Shown: positions 17,839-27,988, numbered from the stretch's first letter. The stretch is 64,000 nt of DNA from an uncultured Candidatus Binatia bacterium (GCA_965242525.1 OZ251459.1:3648001-3712000); one strand, 5' to 3'. A program made the numbers and translations. The notes: a model not told the origin generated them from the sequence alone.

Positions 17839-18201
17839 CTTTTTCAGTCGCACCGCGGGCAGCTTCTTCAGTTGCTGGTTGAGCGGATCGACCTGGATAC
17901 CGAGGGACTCCAGCGCCGTTACTCCGAGCAGCGGCTCGGTGTCGATGTCCCCGAAAAGGACCGTTCCCCCGACCATCTCGCCCATGAGTTCGATTCGCAC
18001 CACCGCGACGTCCATCACGACTTCGCTGCCGTCCGCCAACAGATACGTCCGCCGTGCTTCGGGTTGAACGCCGATGGCGGCCAGATGCTGCCGCGGGACC
18101 AGGCTGTCGGTGGCCCCCGTATCGACCAGGAAACGCCCCTCCCAGCGCTTGGCTCGATCTGCCGGATTGCTGATGGTTACGTTGGCGTTGACCACACCCA
18201 T
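17833..18201 (-). CDS. Clan AA aspartic protease (AF_0612-like)
   Basis: FLVDTGAT, EPLLGVTALESLG; GGAGG SD. Confidence 0.9.
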   Translation of the reverse strand: MGVVNANVTISNPADRAKRWEGRFLVDTGATDSLVPRQHLAAIGVQPEARRTYLLADGSEVVMDVAVVRIELMGEMVGGTVLFGDIDTEPLLGVTALESLGIQVDPLNQQLKKLPAVRLKKL

Positions 18202-18217
18202 GTTCGGCCTCCCTTGA

Positions 18218-18328
18218 GGAACGTCTGTTCCATTCCGGCTTGAACTCCCTCTCTCCTGTGGGAAAGCGCGTCCTTCGACTTCGCTTCGCTACGCTCAGGA
18301 CGAACGGGGACAATTGTTCAGAGTTTCC
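18218..18328 (+). mobile_element. IS5-like MITE (family A1)
   Basis: Ends GGAACGTCTG...TTGTTCAGAGTTTCC; flanks TTGA/TTCA; REP core inside. Confidence 0.75.
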
Positions 18329-18415
18329 TTCAGACGGATCCTCCCTTCGGAACCGCACCCACGACAGGCCCCGGCCCGTGTCGTAACCGAGGTAAGCCAT
18401 AGGCAACTGTACTAG

Positions 18416-18556
18416 GCAACCTCTGAACAATCGAGACATCCGGGATGGATTCCCGATTCCCTCACCCTGACGCCCCTATTCCCGTTCGTCCTGAGCGTAG
18501 CGTAGCGAAGTCGAAGGACGCTCTCATGCTCTCTGTCCCGATTGTTTAGAGGTTCC
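18416..18556 (-). mobile_element. IS5-like MITE (family A2) with CTAG target duplication
   Basis: TIRs GCAACCTCTGAACAATCG / CGATTGTTTAGAGGTTCC; CTAG at 18412-18415 and 18557-18560. Confidence 0.85.
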
Positions 18557-18656
18557 CTAGCATAATCCGGGCCAACCGCGTGAACCACACCCGGCGGCGC
18601 CCGATCCGGCGCTACGACAGGGACCTGCGGATGGACGCTGGCGGAACGGCGTTGCC

Positions 18657-18689
18657 TTGAAAAATGAGCGGTTCCCGTTCATATTTCAA
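18657..18689. promoter_or_regulatory. Imperfect inverted repeat (candidate operator) immediately before the ATPase start
   Basis: TTGAAAAATGAGCGG-TTC-CCGTTCATATTTCAA. Confidence 0.55.
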
Positions 18690-18691
18690 GG

Positions 18692-19852
18692 ATGGAAGTT
18701 CGCCGGGAACGTCACCTGCGCCGCGTGAGCCTGTTGTTGCGGGAGTTTCCGGTGGTGGCGCTCCTCGGAGCGAGGCAGGTGGGGAAATCGACCCTCGCCC
18801 GGCAACTCGTGGCGTCGCGCCGCGGGCCCGCCACATGGTTCGACCTGGAGAACCCGGCCGACCTCGCCCGCCTGGAGGACCCCGGCCTGGAGTTGCGGCC
18901 GTTGCGGGGACTCGTGGTCCTCGACGAAATCCACCGGCTCCCCGGCGTGTTCCCGCTCCTGCGGGTCCTGGCGGACCGGCCCCGGACGCCGGCCCGCTTC
19001 CTCGTGTTGGGCAGCGCCTCTCCCGACCTCCTGAACCAGACATCGGAGACCCTCGCCGGGCGCGTGGCCTTCCACGAGCTCGACGGCCTCGGGTTGCACG
19101 AGGTCGGCGACCTGGAACGGCTCTGGTTGCGCGGCGGCTTTCCGTTGTCCTATCTCGCCCGGTCGGCGCCCGCGAGCCGGCGCTGGCGCGACAGCTTCGT
19201 TCGGACGTTCCTCACCCGCGACCTCCCCGAGCTGGGGAACCTGGTCCCGTCCACGACCTTGCGCCGCTTCTGGACGATGCTCGCCCACTGGCATGGCCAG
19301 TTGTGGAACGGCGCCGAATTCGGCCGCGCCTTCGGCGTTTCCCACACGACCGTAAGGCGCTACCTCGACCTCCTGTCGTCGGTCTTCGTGGTGCGCCAGT
19401 TGCAGCCTTGGCACGAGAACCTCGGCAAGCGGCAGGTGCGCTCCCCGAAGGTCTATATCGGCGACTCCGGCATCCTCCACGCGTTGCTGGGCCTGACCAC
19501 TCGCGAGGAAGTGGTTTCCCATCCCAAGGTAGGCGCATCCTGGGAGGGTTTCGTGATCCAGCAGGTGGTCCATCTGCTCGCCGCGGACAACGACCAGTGT
19601 TTCCACTGGAAGACGCATTCGGGAGCGGAACTCGACCTGCTGGTAGTGGCGGGCAACCGACGTTACGGCTTCGAGGTCAAGCGTACGGAGGCCCCGCGGT
19701 TGACGGCTTCCATGCACTCGGCCTTCGAGACCCTGGGACTCGATTCCCTGGACGTCGTGCACGCCGGGACCGAAGCCTACGCGCTGGCCCCCCGCATCCG
19801 GGCCGTGCCCGCCGCAGGGCTCGCCGCGAGGCTGCGTTCCCTGCGCCGGTAA
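18692..19852 (+). CDS. AAA_14 ATPase with DUF4143 and C-terminal PD-(D/E)xK-like region
   Basis: GARQVGKST, VVLDEIH, LGSAS, RGGFP, SPKVYIGDSG, AELDLL...FEVK. Confidence 0.92.
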   Translation: MEVRRERHLRRVSLLLREFPVVALLGARQVGKSTLARQLVASRRGPATWFDLENPADLARLEDPGLELRPLRGLVVLDEIHRLPGVFPLLRVLADRPRTPARFLVLGSASPDLLNQTSETLAGRVAFHELDGLGLHEVGDLERLWLRGGFPLSYLARSAPASRRWRDSFVRTFLTRDLPELGNLVPSTTLRRFWTMLAHWHGQLWNGAEFGRAFGVSHTTVRRYLDLLSSVFVVRQLQPWHENLGKRQVRSPKVYIGDSGILHALLGLTTREEVVSHPKVGASWEGFVIQQVVHLLAADNDQCFHWKTHSGAELDLLVVAGNRRYGFEVKRTEAPRLTASMHSAFETLGLDSLDVVHAGTEAYALAPRIRAVPAAGLAARLRSLRR

Positions 19853-19874
19853 CCACGACCGACGACCATCCTCG

Positions 19875-20054
19875 GGAACGTCTGATCAATTCCGGCCCGA
19901 ACTCCCTCTCCCTGTGGGAAAACGCGTCCTTCGACTTCGCTTCGCTACGCTCAGGACGAACGGGGGAGGACTTCACTTTGCCACGCTCAGGACGAACGGG
20001 GGGACTTCACTTTGCCGTGCTCAGGACGAACGGGGACAATCGTTCAGAGTTTCC
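19875..20054 (+). mobile_element. IS5-like MITE (family A1) with three tandem REP units
   Basis: GGAACGTCTGATCAAT...ATCGTTCAGAGTTTCC. Confidence 0.78.
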
Positions 20055-20055
20055 T

Positions 20056-21804
20056 TCAGAACCTGAGGCTGGCCTTCACGCCGACGTTGCCTTTACTTTT
20101 GACGTTGCCGGTCCGCAGCTTGCCGAAGACCTCCACCGCGCCGAGGCCGCGGCCGAAGCTGCGCTTCACTTGGCTTTCGAGTACGGCATGGCGGCCGGAG
20201 GCATTGCCCGGGACTCCGATCTTCTGCTCGCCGTAGATCTTGAAACTGAAATCCAGGCCGGGCAAGGCGGACGGCATCTTCAGGCGTGCGCCCATACGCA
20301 CCTTCGAAGGCCTGTGGGAAACCCTCAACTCGCTGAACGGCGTCAACCGGCTGCGTCCGTCCATGAACTTCACTTTGTAACCTGACCGCGCCTTCAGGGT
20401 CATGCGGGAGCCGTTCGGTCGAGCCTCCGCGGGCCAGGCCCCCTTCCACAGCGCCTCCTTGTCGAGGGACGCATTGCCCCAGGAGGGGGCGAGCGAGAGG
20501 TAGAGGCCCCGGCCGCGAGCGCCCGGGTCGAACACCGCAGTGACGCTTGCCCTCCACTCCCGCAGAGCCGAGGCCCGGTGCGCCGCCAGGAAGCGCCCGC
20601 GCGCCTTCAGGTCGATGCCCAGACTCCGGTCGGCGTAGTCCGCGGCCCCGCCCACCTCCAGGCCCGCGCCCGACTCCAGGTCGCCGCCGTCCAGGCGCCC
20701 GCCGAGTTCGAGGCTGCCCGAGAGCTTCCTCCTCCCGGCGAACCTTGCGCCCTTGCGGACCTCCAGGGCCAGACGCATCCGCCGGTAGTCGGCCTCGGTC
20801 TTCGGCAACAGGCCTTCCCGTTCCTCCGACCGGACCCGCACCAGGAAGCCGTCGGTCTTGAGCGCCCAATCGACGCCCGCGGCGTGCGCCAACACCCTGC
20901 GTCCGCCCGCCGCGGCCATCCACAGGTCCATGTCCGTGTCCCCGCCTTCGCCGAACGTGGCCTTGCCCCAGCCGTAGCCCAGCGTGGCCCACATCCCGAG
21001 TCCCGCCGCGGGCGACCAGTGCACGTAGGGATGCACGCTGGTGAGCGTAGCGTCCCCCTTGCCCCCCACCTCCCCGGCGCGGTAGTCCGTCTTGCCCTCG
21101 CTATAGCCCGCGGCGACGCCTGCGAGCAGGTCCCCACGCGTGCGGAAGTCGATGCCCGTCTGGCCGGACCAGGCTTTTCCGTCCATGGAGAAGTCCTCTT
21201 CCGGTCGGTCCTCGAAACCGGATGCGGCTCCGCGGCCCCACAGGGTCCAGGCCGCTCCGGCGCCGGCCGCGGTCCCGTCCTTCCCGTCGAAGGGGAGCCG
21301 GAAGGAGGTCCCGGACAGTGCGCCGACGGGGTTGCGGCGTCCGTTGCCGCCTGCACCGGCGCCGAGCACCCGCTCCAGGCGCCGCGCCAGCGCCGCAGGG
21401 CGGCCGCCCGAACCGAGCCGTTTCCCGGCCAGCTTCGCATGCAGGCCCCCGGGCGACAGGGCCGCCGCGGCGCGGTCGCCGATGGCGTCCGCCACGTCCG
21501 TCGCCACCGAACCCCCGAATGCTCCAAGCACGTACTCCTCCCCCGGCGTCGCCGCGTAGCCGGGACAGGAAGGATCGGGGTCGTCGGGGCCGCAGTGGTC
21601 CGGTATCGATCCGGTCACCCCCCAACCGAGGGCTGTCGCCTCGGTCTCTCCGGCCGCGGCGATCCGGGGAGTCGGACCGGGTTGCGCGGCCGCATTTCCG
21701 GGCAACGAACCCGGGAAGAGGAACAGAAGGAGCAGCGTCCCCGCGGCGCACGCCTCCGAAACGCGCATCATGGCGTCGTACTTCTCGGGCAAGCTCGGAA
21801 CCAT
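20056..21804 (-). CDS. Autotransporter-like outer-membrane beta-barrel protein
   Basis: Hydrophobic N-terminal signal-like stretch, WTLWGRG, amphipathic strands, terminal Phe (VKASLRF); TGATG overlap with the pgi stop. Confidence 0.75.
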   Translation of the reverse strand: MVPSLPEKYDAMMRVSEACAAGTLLLLFLFPGSLPGNAAAQPGPTPRIAAAGETEATALGWGVTGSIPDHCGPDDPDPSCPGYAATPGEEYVLGAFGGSVATDVADAIGDRAAAALSPGGLHAKLAGKRLGSGGRPAALARRLERVLGAGAGGNGRRNPVGALSGTSFRLPFDGKDGTAAGAGAAWTLWGRGAASGFEDRPEEDFSMDGKAWSGQTGIDFRTRGDLLAGVAAGYSEGKTDYRAGEVGGKGDATLTSVHPYVHWSPAAGLGMWATLGYGWGKATFGEGGDTDMDLWMAAAGGRRVLAHAAGVDWALKTDGFLVRVRSEEREGLLPKTEADYRRMRLALEVRKGARFAGRRKLSGSLELGGRLDGGDLESGAGLEVGGAADYADRSLGIDLKARGRFLAAHRASALREWRASVTAVFDPGARGRGLYLSLAPSWGNASLDKEALWKGAWPAEARPNGSRMTLKARSGYKVKFMDGRSRLTPFSELRVSHRPSKVRMGARLKMPSALPGLDFSFKIYGEQKIGVPGNASGRHAVLESQVKRSFGRGLGAVEVFGKLRTGNVKSKGNVGVKASLRF

Positions 21805-23408
21805 CAACCCCGCCGCTCGCGGTAGCGCCGGATCAGGGCGTTGGTGGAGCTGTCGTGGCGCAGTTCCGGCGAGCCCTCGCTCTCCAGTTCCGGGACGATG
21901 CGGTTGGCCAGGGCCTTGCCGAGCTCCACGCCCCACTGGTCGAAGGAGTTGATGCGCCACACCGCGCCCTGGACGAAGACCTTGTGCTCGTACAGGGCGA
22001 TGAGCCGGCCCAGGGCGTCCGGGGTCAGGCGCTCCGCCAGCAGGGTGTTGGTGGGGTGGTTGCCCGGGAAGGTCCGGTGCGGCGCCTGCGCGGCCGGAAT
22101 GCCCTCGGCCGCGGCCTCCTCCGCGGTCTTGCCGAAGGCCAGCGCCTCGGTCTGGGCCAGGAAGTTGGCCATCAGCAGGTCGTGGTGGTTGCCCAGGGGG
22201 TCCAGGGGCTGGCAGAAGCCGATGAAGTCGCAGGGGATGAGCCGGGTGCCCTGGTGGATCAACTGGTAGTAGGCGTGCTGCCCGTTGGCGCCGGGCTGTC
22301 CCCAGATCACCGGTCCGGTGTGGTAGTCCACGGGCGCGCCGTCGAGATCCACCCCCTTGCCGTTGCTCTCCATGTCGAGCTGCTGGCAGTAGGCGCTGAG
22401 CCGCCAGAGGTACTGGCTGTAGGGCAGGATGCAATGGGTCTCGGCGCCGAAGAAGTTGTTGTACCAGATGCCCAGGAGGGCCAGCAGCACCGGCAGGTTG
22501 CGCTCGAAGGGGGCGGTGCGGAAATGCTCGTCCATGGCGTGCAGGCCATCGAGCATGGCGCGGAAATGGGCCGGGCCCACCGCGACCATCAGTGACAGGC
22601 CAATGGCGGAATCGACCGAGTAGCGGCCTCCCACCCAGTCCCAGAAGCCGAACATGTTGGCGGTGTCGATGCCGAAGCGCTGCACCTCCCCGCGGTTGGT
22701 GGACACGGCCACGAAGTGCCGGGCCACCGCGTCCTCGTCCCGGAGCGCGCCGAGGCACCAGTCCCGCGCGGTGTGGGCGTTGGCGAGGGTCTCCTGGGTG
22801 GTGAAGGTCTTGGAGCTGACCACGAACAGGGTCTCCGCGGGGTCCATGTCCCGGGTGGTCTCGGCGAAGTCGGCGCCGTCCACGTTGGACACGAAGCCCA
22901 GGCGCAGGCTCCGGCGGCTGTAGTGCTTGAGCGCCTCGTAGCACATCACCGGCCCCAGGTCCGAGCCGCCGATGCCGATGTTGACCACGTTGCGGATGGG
23001 CCGTCCCGTGTGGCCGCGCCATTCCCCGTCGCGCACCCGATCCGCGAACGAGGCCATGCGGTCGAGCACCGAATGCACGGCCGGGACCACGTCCCGGCCG
23101 TCCACCACCACGGCTTGGCCCCGGGGCGCCCGCAACGCCACGTGCAGCACCGGGCGGCCCTCGGTGACGTTGATCCGGTCGCCCCGGAACATGGCCTCCG
23201 CGCGTTCTCCCACCCCCGCGGCCCGGGCCAAGTCCAGCAGCAGCCCCAGGGTCTCGTCCGTGACCCGGTTCTTGGAGTAGTCCAGGTAGATCCCCGCGGC
23301 GTCGAGGGCCAGCCGCTCCCCCCGCCGGGGGTCCTCGGCGAAGAGCGTGCGCAGGTGCAGGTCCCCGACCTTGCGGTAGTGCTCGGCGAGGCTCTGCCAC
23401 GCCGGCAA
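21804..23408 (-). CDS. pgi: Glucose-6-phosphate isomerase
   Basis: [40 protein letters not shown]. Confidence 0.97.
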   Translation of the reverse strand: MPAWQSLAEHYRKVGDLHLRTLFAEDPRRGERLALDAAGIYLDYSKNRVTDETLGLLLDLARAAGVGERAEAMFRGDRINVTEGRPVLHVALRAPRGQAVVVDGRDVVPAVHSVLDRMASFADRVRDGEWRGHTGRPIRNVVNIGIGGSDLGPVMCYEALKHYSRRSLRLGFVSNVDGADFAETTRDMDPAETLFVVSSKTFTTQETLANAHTARDWCLGALRDEDAVARHFVAVSTNRGEVQRFGIDTANMFGFWDWVGGRYSVDSAIGLSLMVAVGPAHFRAMLDGLHAMDEHFRTAPFERNLPVLLALLGIWYNNFFGAETHCILPYSQYLWRLSAYCQQLDMESNGKGVDLDGAPVDYHTGPVIWGQPGANGQHAYYQLIHQGTRLIPCDFIGFCQPLDPLGNHHDLLMANFLAQTEALAFGKTAEEAAAEGIPAAQAPHRTFPGNHPTNTLLAERLTPDALGRLIALYEHKVFVQGAVWRINSFDQWGVELGKALANRIVPELESEGSPELRHDSSTNALIRRYRERRG

Positions 23409-23454
23409 CTCGGTGGGACGACGAGCGGCGATGATGCCCCCCTCTCTCGGTTCA

Positions 23455-23563
23455 GGAATCTCCGGTCAGTTCCGGCTCGATGCGCCTCTGCCTGCGGGAA
23501 AGCGCGTCCTTCGACTTCGCTTCGCTACGCTCAGGACGAACGGGGTGATGGTTCAGGGTTTCC
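23455..23563 (+). mobile_element. IS5-like MITE (family A1) with TTCA duplication
   Basis: TTCA at 23451-23454 and 23564-23567; REP core at 23496-23545. Confidence 0.78.
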
Positions 23564-23567
23564 TTCA

Positions 23568-23740
23568 GGAACCGCTGAACCATCGAGACATCCAGGATGG
23601 ATCCCGATTTTCTCACCCTGATACCCCTATTCCCGTTCATCCTGAGCGTAGCGAAGCGAAGTCCCCCGTTCATCCTGAGCGTAGCGAAGCGGAGTCGAAG
23701 GACGCGCTCATGCCCCCTGTCCCGATTGTTCAGAGGTTCC
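23568..23740 (-). mobile_element. IS5-like MITE (family A2) with two REP units, abutting the previous MITE
   Basis: GGAACCGCTGAACCATCG...CGATTGTTCAGAGGTTCC; body similar to 18416-18556. Confidence 0.8.
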
Positions 23741-23750
23741 TTCGGTCGGT

Positions 23751-25217
23751 TCAGTCCGTGCGGTCCAGGGTCAGGGCGATGTCGCCCTTGGCCACGCGCA
23801 CGTGCCCCAAGTCGTCCCTCTTGACCAATTCCTCCACCAGCGACACCACCGGCGGACGGGTGCTCACGTAGGCCCGGGGCGGCGCGGCCGCGCGCATTTC
23901 CGCGATCTCGGCCTCGCTCAGGAGCCAGCGCAGCAACAGCTCTTCGTCCGAGACCCCGTCGCCCCCCAGCCTCGCGCGCATTTCGGAGAGGGACGGCTCC
24001 ACCGGCTCCTGCGCGGCCAGTTCCCGGGCCCGGGGGCGGTCGAGGATCTTGTCCTTCACGTCCGGGTCCATGAGCCGGGCCCCTTCCTCTCCGGCCCGGC
24101 CCAGGGCGTAGCGGATGACCTGGTCGGTGACCTCCTTGTAGCGCTCCCCCACGATGACGTTCAGCGCCGCCTGGCTGCCCACGAACTGGGACAGCGGCGT
24201 CACCATGATGGGATAGCCGAACTCGGCCCGCACGCGGATGGTCTCTTCCAGCGCCTGTGGGAAACGGTCCCCCAGCCGCACCTTGTCGAGCTGGTGCTGG
24301 AGGTTGGAGCGCATGCCGCCGGGCACCTGGTGCTGGTACTGGGCGTAGTCGTACTCCACCGGCTTGCCCACGGGAAAGCCCTCGCGTTTGGCGATGGCGG
24401 TGAAATGCGCGGCCACGGGCTCCAGCACGGACTCGTCCACGAGGGGGTTGTAGCCCAGGGCCCGGGCGTTGCGGGCGACGTTGAAGACCGAGGGGTTGGA
24501 GGAACCGTCCGCCAGCGGCGGCACCGCGGTGTTGACGCTGCGGATGCCCAGGTCCATGGCCTCCAGGCAGCACAGGGGGCCGAGGCCGGTGGTGCAGTGG
24601 GTGTGGAGCTCGATGGGGATGCCGTTGCAGTTATCGAACATGGCCGGCACCAGCGTGCGCATGCGCTCCGGCGTGAGCAGCCCTCCGGGGTCCTTGAGGC
24701 AGATGACCGGCACTTCCAGCGAGGCGGCCTCGCGCGTCTTCCGGGCGTAGTACTCATCGGTGTGCTTGGGCGACACCGAGTAGATCATGTTGATGATGGG
24801 CTTGATGCCGACTTCGCGCGACACCTCCGCCTTGCGCTTCCAGCCCGCGAAGTCGTTCCATTCCTCGGAGATGCGCGCCTCCCGGACGCCGTTGGCGGCC
24901 ATGCGCTCCATGAACAGGCGGTACATGGACAGGGGGTTGAACTCGAAGGTGTTGACGCGCCCGGCGATGACCCGGAGCGGCGTCACGGTGATGCGTCGGG
25001 CCACCAGCCGCACCCGCTCCCAGGGGTCTTCCTTGAGCTCCCGCACGCACTTCTTCAAGTGCGAGCCGGAGATGAGCTCCATGGCCTCGAAGCCCGCCCG
25101 GTCCATTTGCTCGGCCACGGAAAGCATCATGCCCGTGGTCATGTTCTCCGCCCACAGGCTCTGGTGCCCGTCGCGCAGGGTGGTGTCAACGAAGCGGATG
25201 TCCTTGTTCACGTTCAC
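23751..25217 (-). CDS. Pyruvate carboxylase subunit B / oxaloacetate decarboxylase alpha-like carboxyltransferase (no biotinyl domain)
   Basis: DTTLRDGHQSL, CLKDPGG, LHTHCT, HQVPGGM, GYPIMVTPLSQFVG. Confidence 0.9.
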   Translation of the reverse strand: MNVNKDIRFVDTTLRDGHQSLWAENMTTGMMLSVAEQMDRAGFEAMELISGSHLKKCVRELKEDPWERVRLVARRITVTPLRVIAGRVNTFEFNPLSMYRLFMERMAANGVREARISEEWNDFAGWKRKAEVSREVGIKPIINMIYSVSPKHTDEYYARKTREAASLEVPVICLKDPGGLLTPERMRTLVPAMFDNCNGIPIELHTHCTTGLGPLCCLEAMDLGIRSVNTAVPPLADGSSNPSVFNVARNARALGYNPLVDESVLEPVAAHFTAIAKREGFPVGKPVEYDYAQYQHQVPGGMRSNLQHQLDKVRLGDRFPQALEETIRVRAEFGYPIMVTPLSQFVGSQAALNVIVGERYKEVTDQVIRYALGRAGEEGARLMDPDVKDKILDRPRARELAAQEPVEPSLSEMRARLGGDGVSDEELLLRWLLSEAEIAEMRAAAPPRAYVSTRPPVVSLVEELVKRDDLGHVRVAKGDIALTLDRTD

Positions 25218-25414
25218 GGCCTCCTTCCGTACGCGCTGACTTTATTGCCCTGCGCCGCAAATCTCAACCGCTCTCGAACGCCGGCGGGCGCCGCGCCGGA
25301 CGGGACGCGGTGCGGAAGGCCGGCAGGCCGACGATTCCGTTTGACTGGCTCGGGCGGACGGGGATAAATGTCGGGGGCGGACGACGGTCGCCTCGCACGG
25401 AAGGAGGGCGTTCG

Positions 25415-26524
25415 ATGGGATGGGTTGACGCCGACGCGCACGTGGTGGAAAGCCCGAGGACGTGGGACTACCTCACGCCGTCGGAGCAGAAGCATCGGCC
25501 TTCCCTCTTCGATCCCGACGACGGGACGCAGCGGCAGAACTGGGTCATCGACGGGAAGATCCGCGGCCTGTTCCGGTTCGCCTTCACCGAGGAGGCGCTG
25601 GTGGAGCGGTCGCGGAAAGTCGGCCGGCAGATGACCACCAGCACCGAGACCCGGGACGTGGCCAACGTGGGCGCGCGCCTGCGGCACATGGACGAGCTCG
25701 GCATCGACGTGCAGGTCCTCTACCCCAGCATCTTCCTCGACCAGTGCACCGAGCGCACGGAAGTGGAAGTGGCGCTTTGCGGCGCCTACAACCGCTGGCT
25801 CGCCGACATCTGGAAGGAAAGCGGCGACCGCCTGCGCTGGATGTGCGTGCTCCCCTTCCTCAGCATGCCGGACGCACTGGACCAACTGCGCTTCGCCAGG
25901 GAGAACGGCGCCTGCGGGGTCTTCATGCGGCCTCTGGAGGGACCCCGGGGCGTGGACGACCCCTACTTCTTCCCGGTTTACGAGGAGGCGTCGAAACTCG
26001 ACCTGGCCATGGGCCTGCACCAGTCCAACGGCAACGCCGGCGTGGTGGACCTGCTGGCCAACTCCGACGGCACCCGCGACTTCTTCAACCAGTACCGCAT
26101 CTTCAACGTGGGCGCGTTCTTCCGGCTGGTGAACTCCGGCGTGCCCAAGGCCTTTCCCAAGCTCCGGTTCGGCTTCATCGAGACCGCGGCTTCGTGGATC
26201 CCCTGGGTCATCTACGAGCTGCGGCGCCGCATGGACACGGTGGACCACCGGCTGCCCGACGACCTCCTGGAGCAGTACGGCCTGTACGTCACCTGCCAGA
26301 TCGGCGACGACGTGCCGTACCTGATGCAGCACGCCGGCGAGGGCGCGCTGATGATCGGCACCGACTACGGACACGCCGATTCCTCCACGGAACTCGAAGC
26401 CCTCGCCTCGCTCAGGGAGACCGGCGGCATCAGCGCGGCCATGCACGCGAGGATCGTGGACGACAACCCGCGCCGCTTCTACGGGCTGCAGGACCACGGC
26501 GAACCGGGAAGGAACCCGCCATGA
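25415..26524 (+). CDS. Amidohydrolase_2 family protein
   Basis: VDADAHVVE, RLRHMDELGIDVQVLYPS, GTDYGHAD; AAGGAGG SD. Confidence 0.9.
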   Translation: MGWVDADAHVVESPRTWDYLTPSEQKHRPSLFDPDDGTQRQNWVIDGKIRGLFRFAFTEEALVERSRKVGRQMTTSTETRDVANVGARLRHMDELGIDVQVLYPSIFLDQCTERTEVEVALCGAYNRWLADIWKESGDRLRWMCVLPFLSMPDALDQLRFARENGACGVFMRPLEGPRGVDDPYFFPVYEEASKLDLAMGLHQSNGNAGVVDLLANSDGTRDFFNQYRIFNVGAFFRLVNSGVPKAFPKLRFGFIETAASWIPWVIYELRRRMDTVDHRLPDDLLEQYGLYVTCQIGDDVPYLMQHAGEGALMIGTDYGHADSSTELEALASLRETGGISAAMHARIVDDNPRRFYGLQDHGEPGRNPP

Positions 26525-27555
26525 TCGGCTACCCTGTCATCGACGCGGACGGACACCTGACCGAGCCCATGACGGCCTACCGGGAACGGATACCGGAGCC
26601 TTACAACACCGCCCGGGAGTTGTTCCCCCAGGACGGCTGGGACCGGGACCTGGGGCGCATGGGGCACCGGGTGGCGGACCCCGAGCGGGAGCTGTCGGAC
26701 ATGGACGCGGAGGGCATCGACACCGCGGTGCTCTTCCCCACCGCGGGCCTGAGCATCGGCAACGTGCGCGACCCGGCCCGGGCCCGGGTGCTGGCCAGCG
26801 CCTACAACCGGTGGCTCCACGAGTTCTGCAGCGCCGACCCCGCCCGCATCAAGGGCGTGGGCATCGTGGCGCTGCAGGAAGTCGAGAGCGCGGTGGAGGA
26901 GCTCGGTCGGCTGGTGGAGCTGGGCATGGTGGCGGTGCAGGCGCCGACCTACGTGGCTTGGCGCAAGCTGTCGGACCGGGAACTAGACCCGTTCTACGAG
27001 GCGGTGGAGCGGCTGGACGTGCCCATCGCCGTCCACAGCCAGCCCCGGGACGCCGCGGGCACGGACCGGTTCGACAAGTTCCTGGCCATCCATGCGGTGA
27101 CCCATCCGTTCGAGCAGATGATCGCCATGACCCAGCTCATCTTCGGCGGCGTGCTGGAGCGCTATCCCGGTTTGCGGGTGGGGTTCCTGGAGTCCGGCGC
27201 CGGTTGGGTCCCTTACTGGATGGACCGGCTGGACGAGGAGTGGGAGAAGCGGGGCGACGTGGAGGCGCCGCTGTGCACGCGCCCGCCCAGCGAGTACGTG
27301 CGCAGCGGCCGGTGCTACTTCGGCGTGGAGTGCGGGGAGCTCACCCTGCCCGACGCCATCCGACACATCGGCGACCGCTGCCTGTTGTATTCGTCGGACA
27401 ACCCCCACTGGGACACGGACTGGCCCCACTCGGTGGCGAAACTGCGCAAGCGCGACGACCTCACCGACGAGAACAAGCACCGCATCCTGTGCCGGAACGC
27501 CGCGGACTTCTACCGCGTGCCCGTATGCGAGACGGCCGCCGCGCCCGCGGCCTGA
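26521..27555 (+). CDS. Amidohydrolase_2 family protein
   Basis: IDADGHLTE, DMDAEGIDTAVLFPT, FLESGAGWVP, SSDNPHWD; ATGA overlap with the previous gene. Confidence 0.9.
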   Translation: MIGYPVIDADGHLTEPMTAYRERIPEPYNTARELFPQDGWDRDLGRMGHRVADPERELSDMDAEGIDTAVLFPTAGLSIGNVRDPARARVLASAYNRWLHEFCSADPARIKGVGIVALQEVESAVEELGRLVELGMVAVQAPTYVAWRKLSDRELDPFYEAVERLDVPIAVHSQPRDAAGTDRFDKFLAIHAVTHPFEQMIAMTQLIFGGVLERYPGLRVGFLESGAGWVPYWMDRLDEEWEKRGDVEAPLCTRPPSEYVRSGRCYFGVECGELTLPDAIRHIGDRCLLYSSDNPHWDTDWPHSVAKLRKRDDLTDENKHRILCRNAADFYRVPVCETAAAPAA

Positions 27556-27561
27556 CCATTG

Positions 27562-27627
27562 CTCCGCAGACGCAACCCTCGTCTCCGCAGACGCCCACCC
27601 CCGTCATTCCCGCGAAAGCGGGAATCC
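27562..27627 (+). repeat. GTCATTCCCGCGAAAGCGGGAATCC REP with upstream CGCAGACGC tandem
   Basis: REP at 27602-27627, between convergent genes. Confidence 0.7.
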
Positions 27628-27667
27628 ATCACCCGAACCGGTCGGAAGGCCGCCGGGGAGCGCCGGT

Positions 27668-27988
27668 TTACAGCGTCCCCGAACTCTTGACCGCGGGCAT
27701 GTGGACTTCCGGCCCTTCGTCCTCGTCGATCCAGCCGCCGGACTCCGCTTCCTTCAGCACGTTCAGGATGGTGTCCACCAGGTTCCGGGCGGACTCGACG
27801 CTCAACTCCACGGCCACGCGGGCGCCCGTCCCCTCCGCCTCGTTGACGAAGTCGATGTTGAGCGAGTGCTCCCGAAAGGCATGGTACGGGTGGTCGTAGG
27901 CGACGTTGGCCTGGTTCACCCGGAACCACTCCTCGGAGCTCTTGCCGCTGCCTTCCATGACGACCTTCCTGGCGATCATCGTGCACAT
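27668..27988 (-). CDS. DUF6295 family protein
   Basis: MCTMI...GSGK...WF...YDHPYHA..EHSLNIDFVNE...RVAVELS. Confidence 0.82.
   Translation of the reverse strand: MCTMIARKVVMEGSGKSSEEWFRVNQANVAYDHPYHAFREHSLNIDFVNEAEGTGARVAVELSVESARNLVDTILNVLKEAESGGWIDEDEGPEVHMPAVKSSGTL

Noticed and set aside
17672-18439. Short ORFs containing SFDFASLRSGRT / LSVAKRSRR / VIPAKAGI peptides
   Set aside because: These are translations of the repeat elements, not proteins.
20056-23400. 1114-aa ORF as a single giant protein
   Set aside because: The first ~530 codons are an off-frame shadow of pgi; the real gene starts at about 21804.
25462-26520. N-terminal extension making a 697-aa amidohydrolase
   Set aside because: It overlaps the upstream amidohydrolase out of frame; the true start is 26521 with ATGA coupling.
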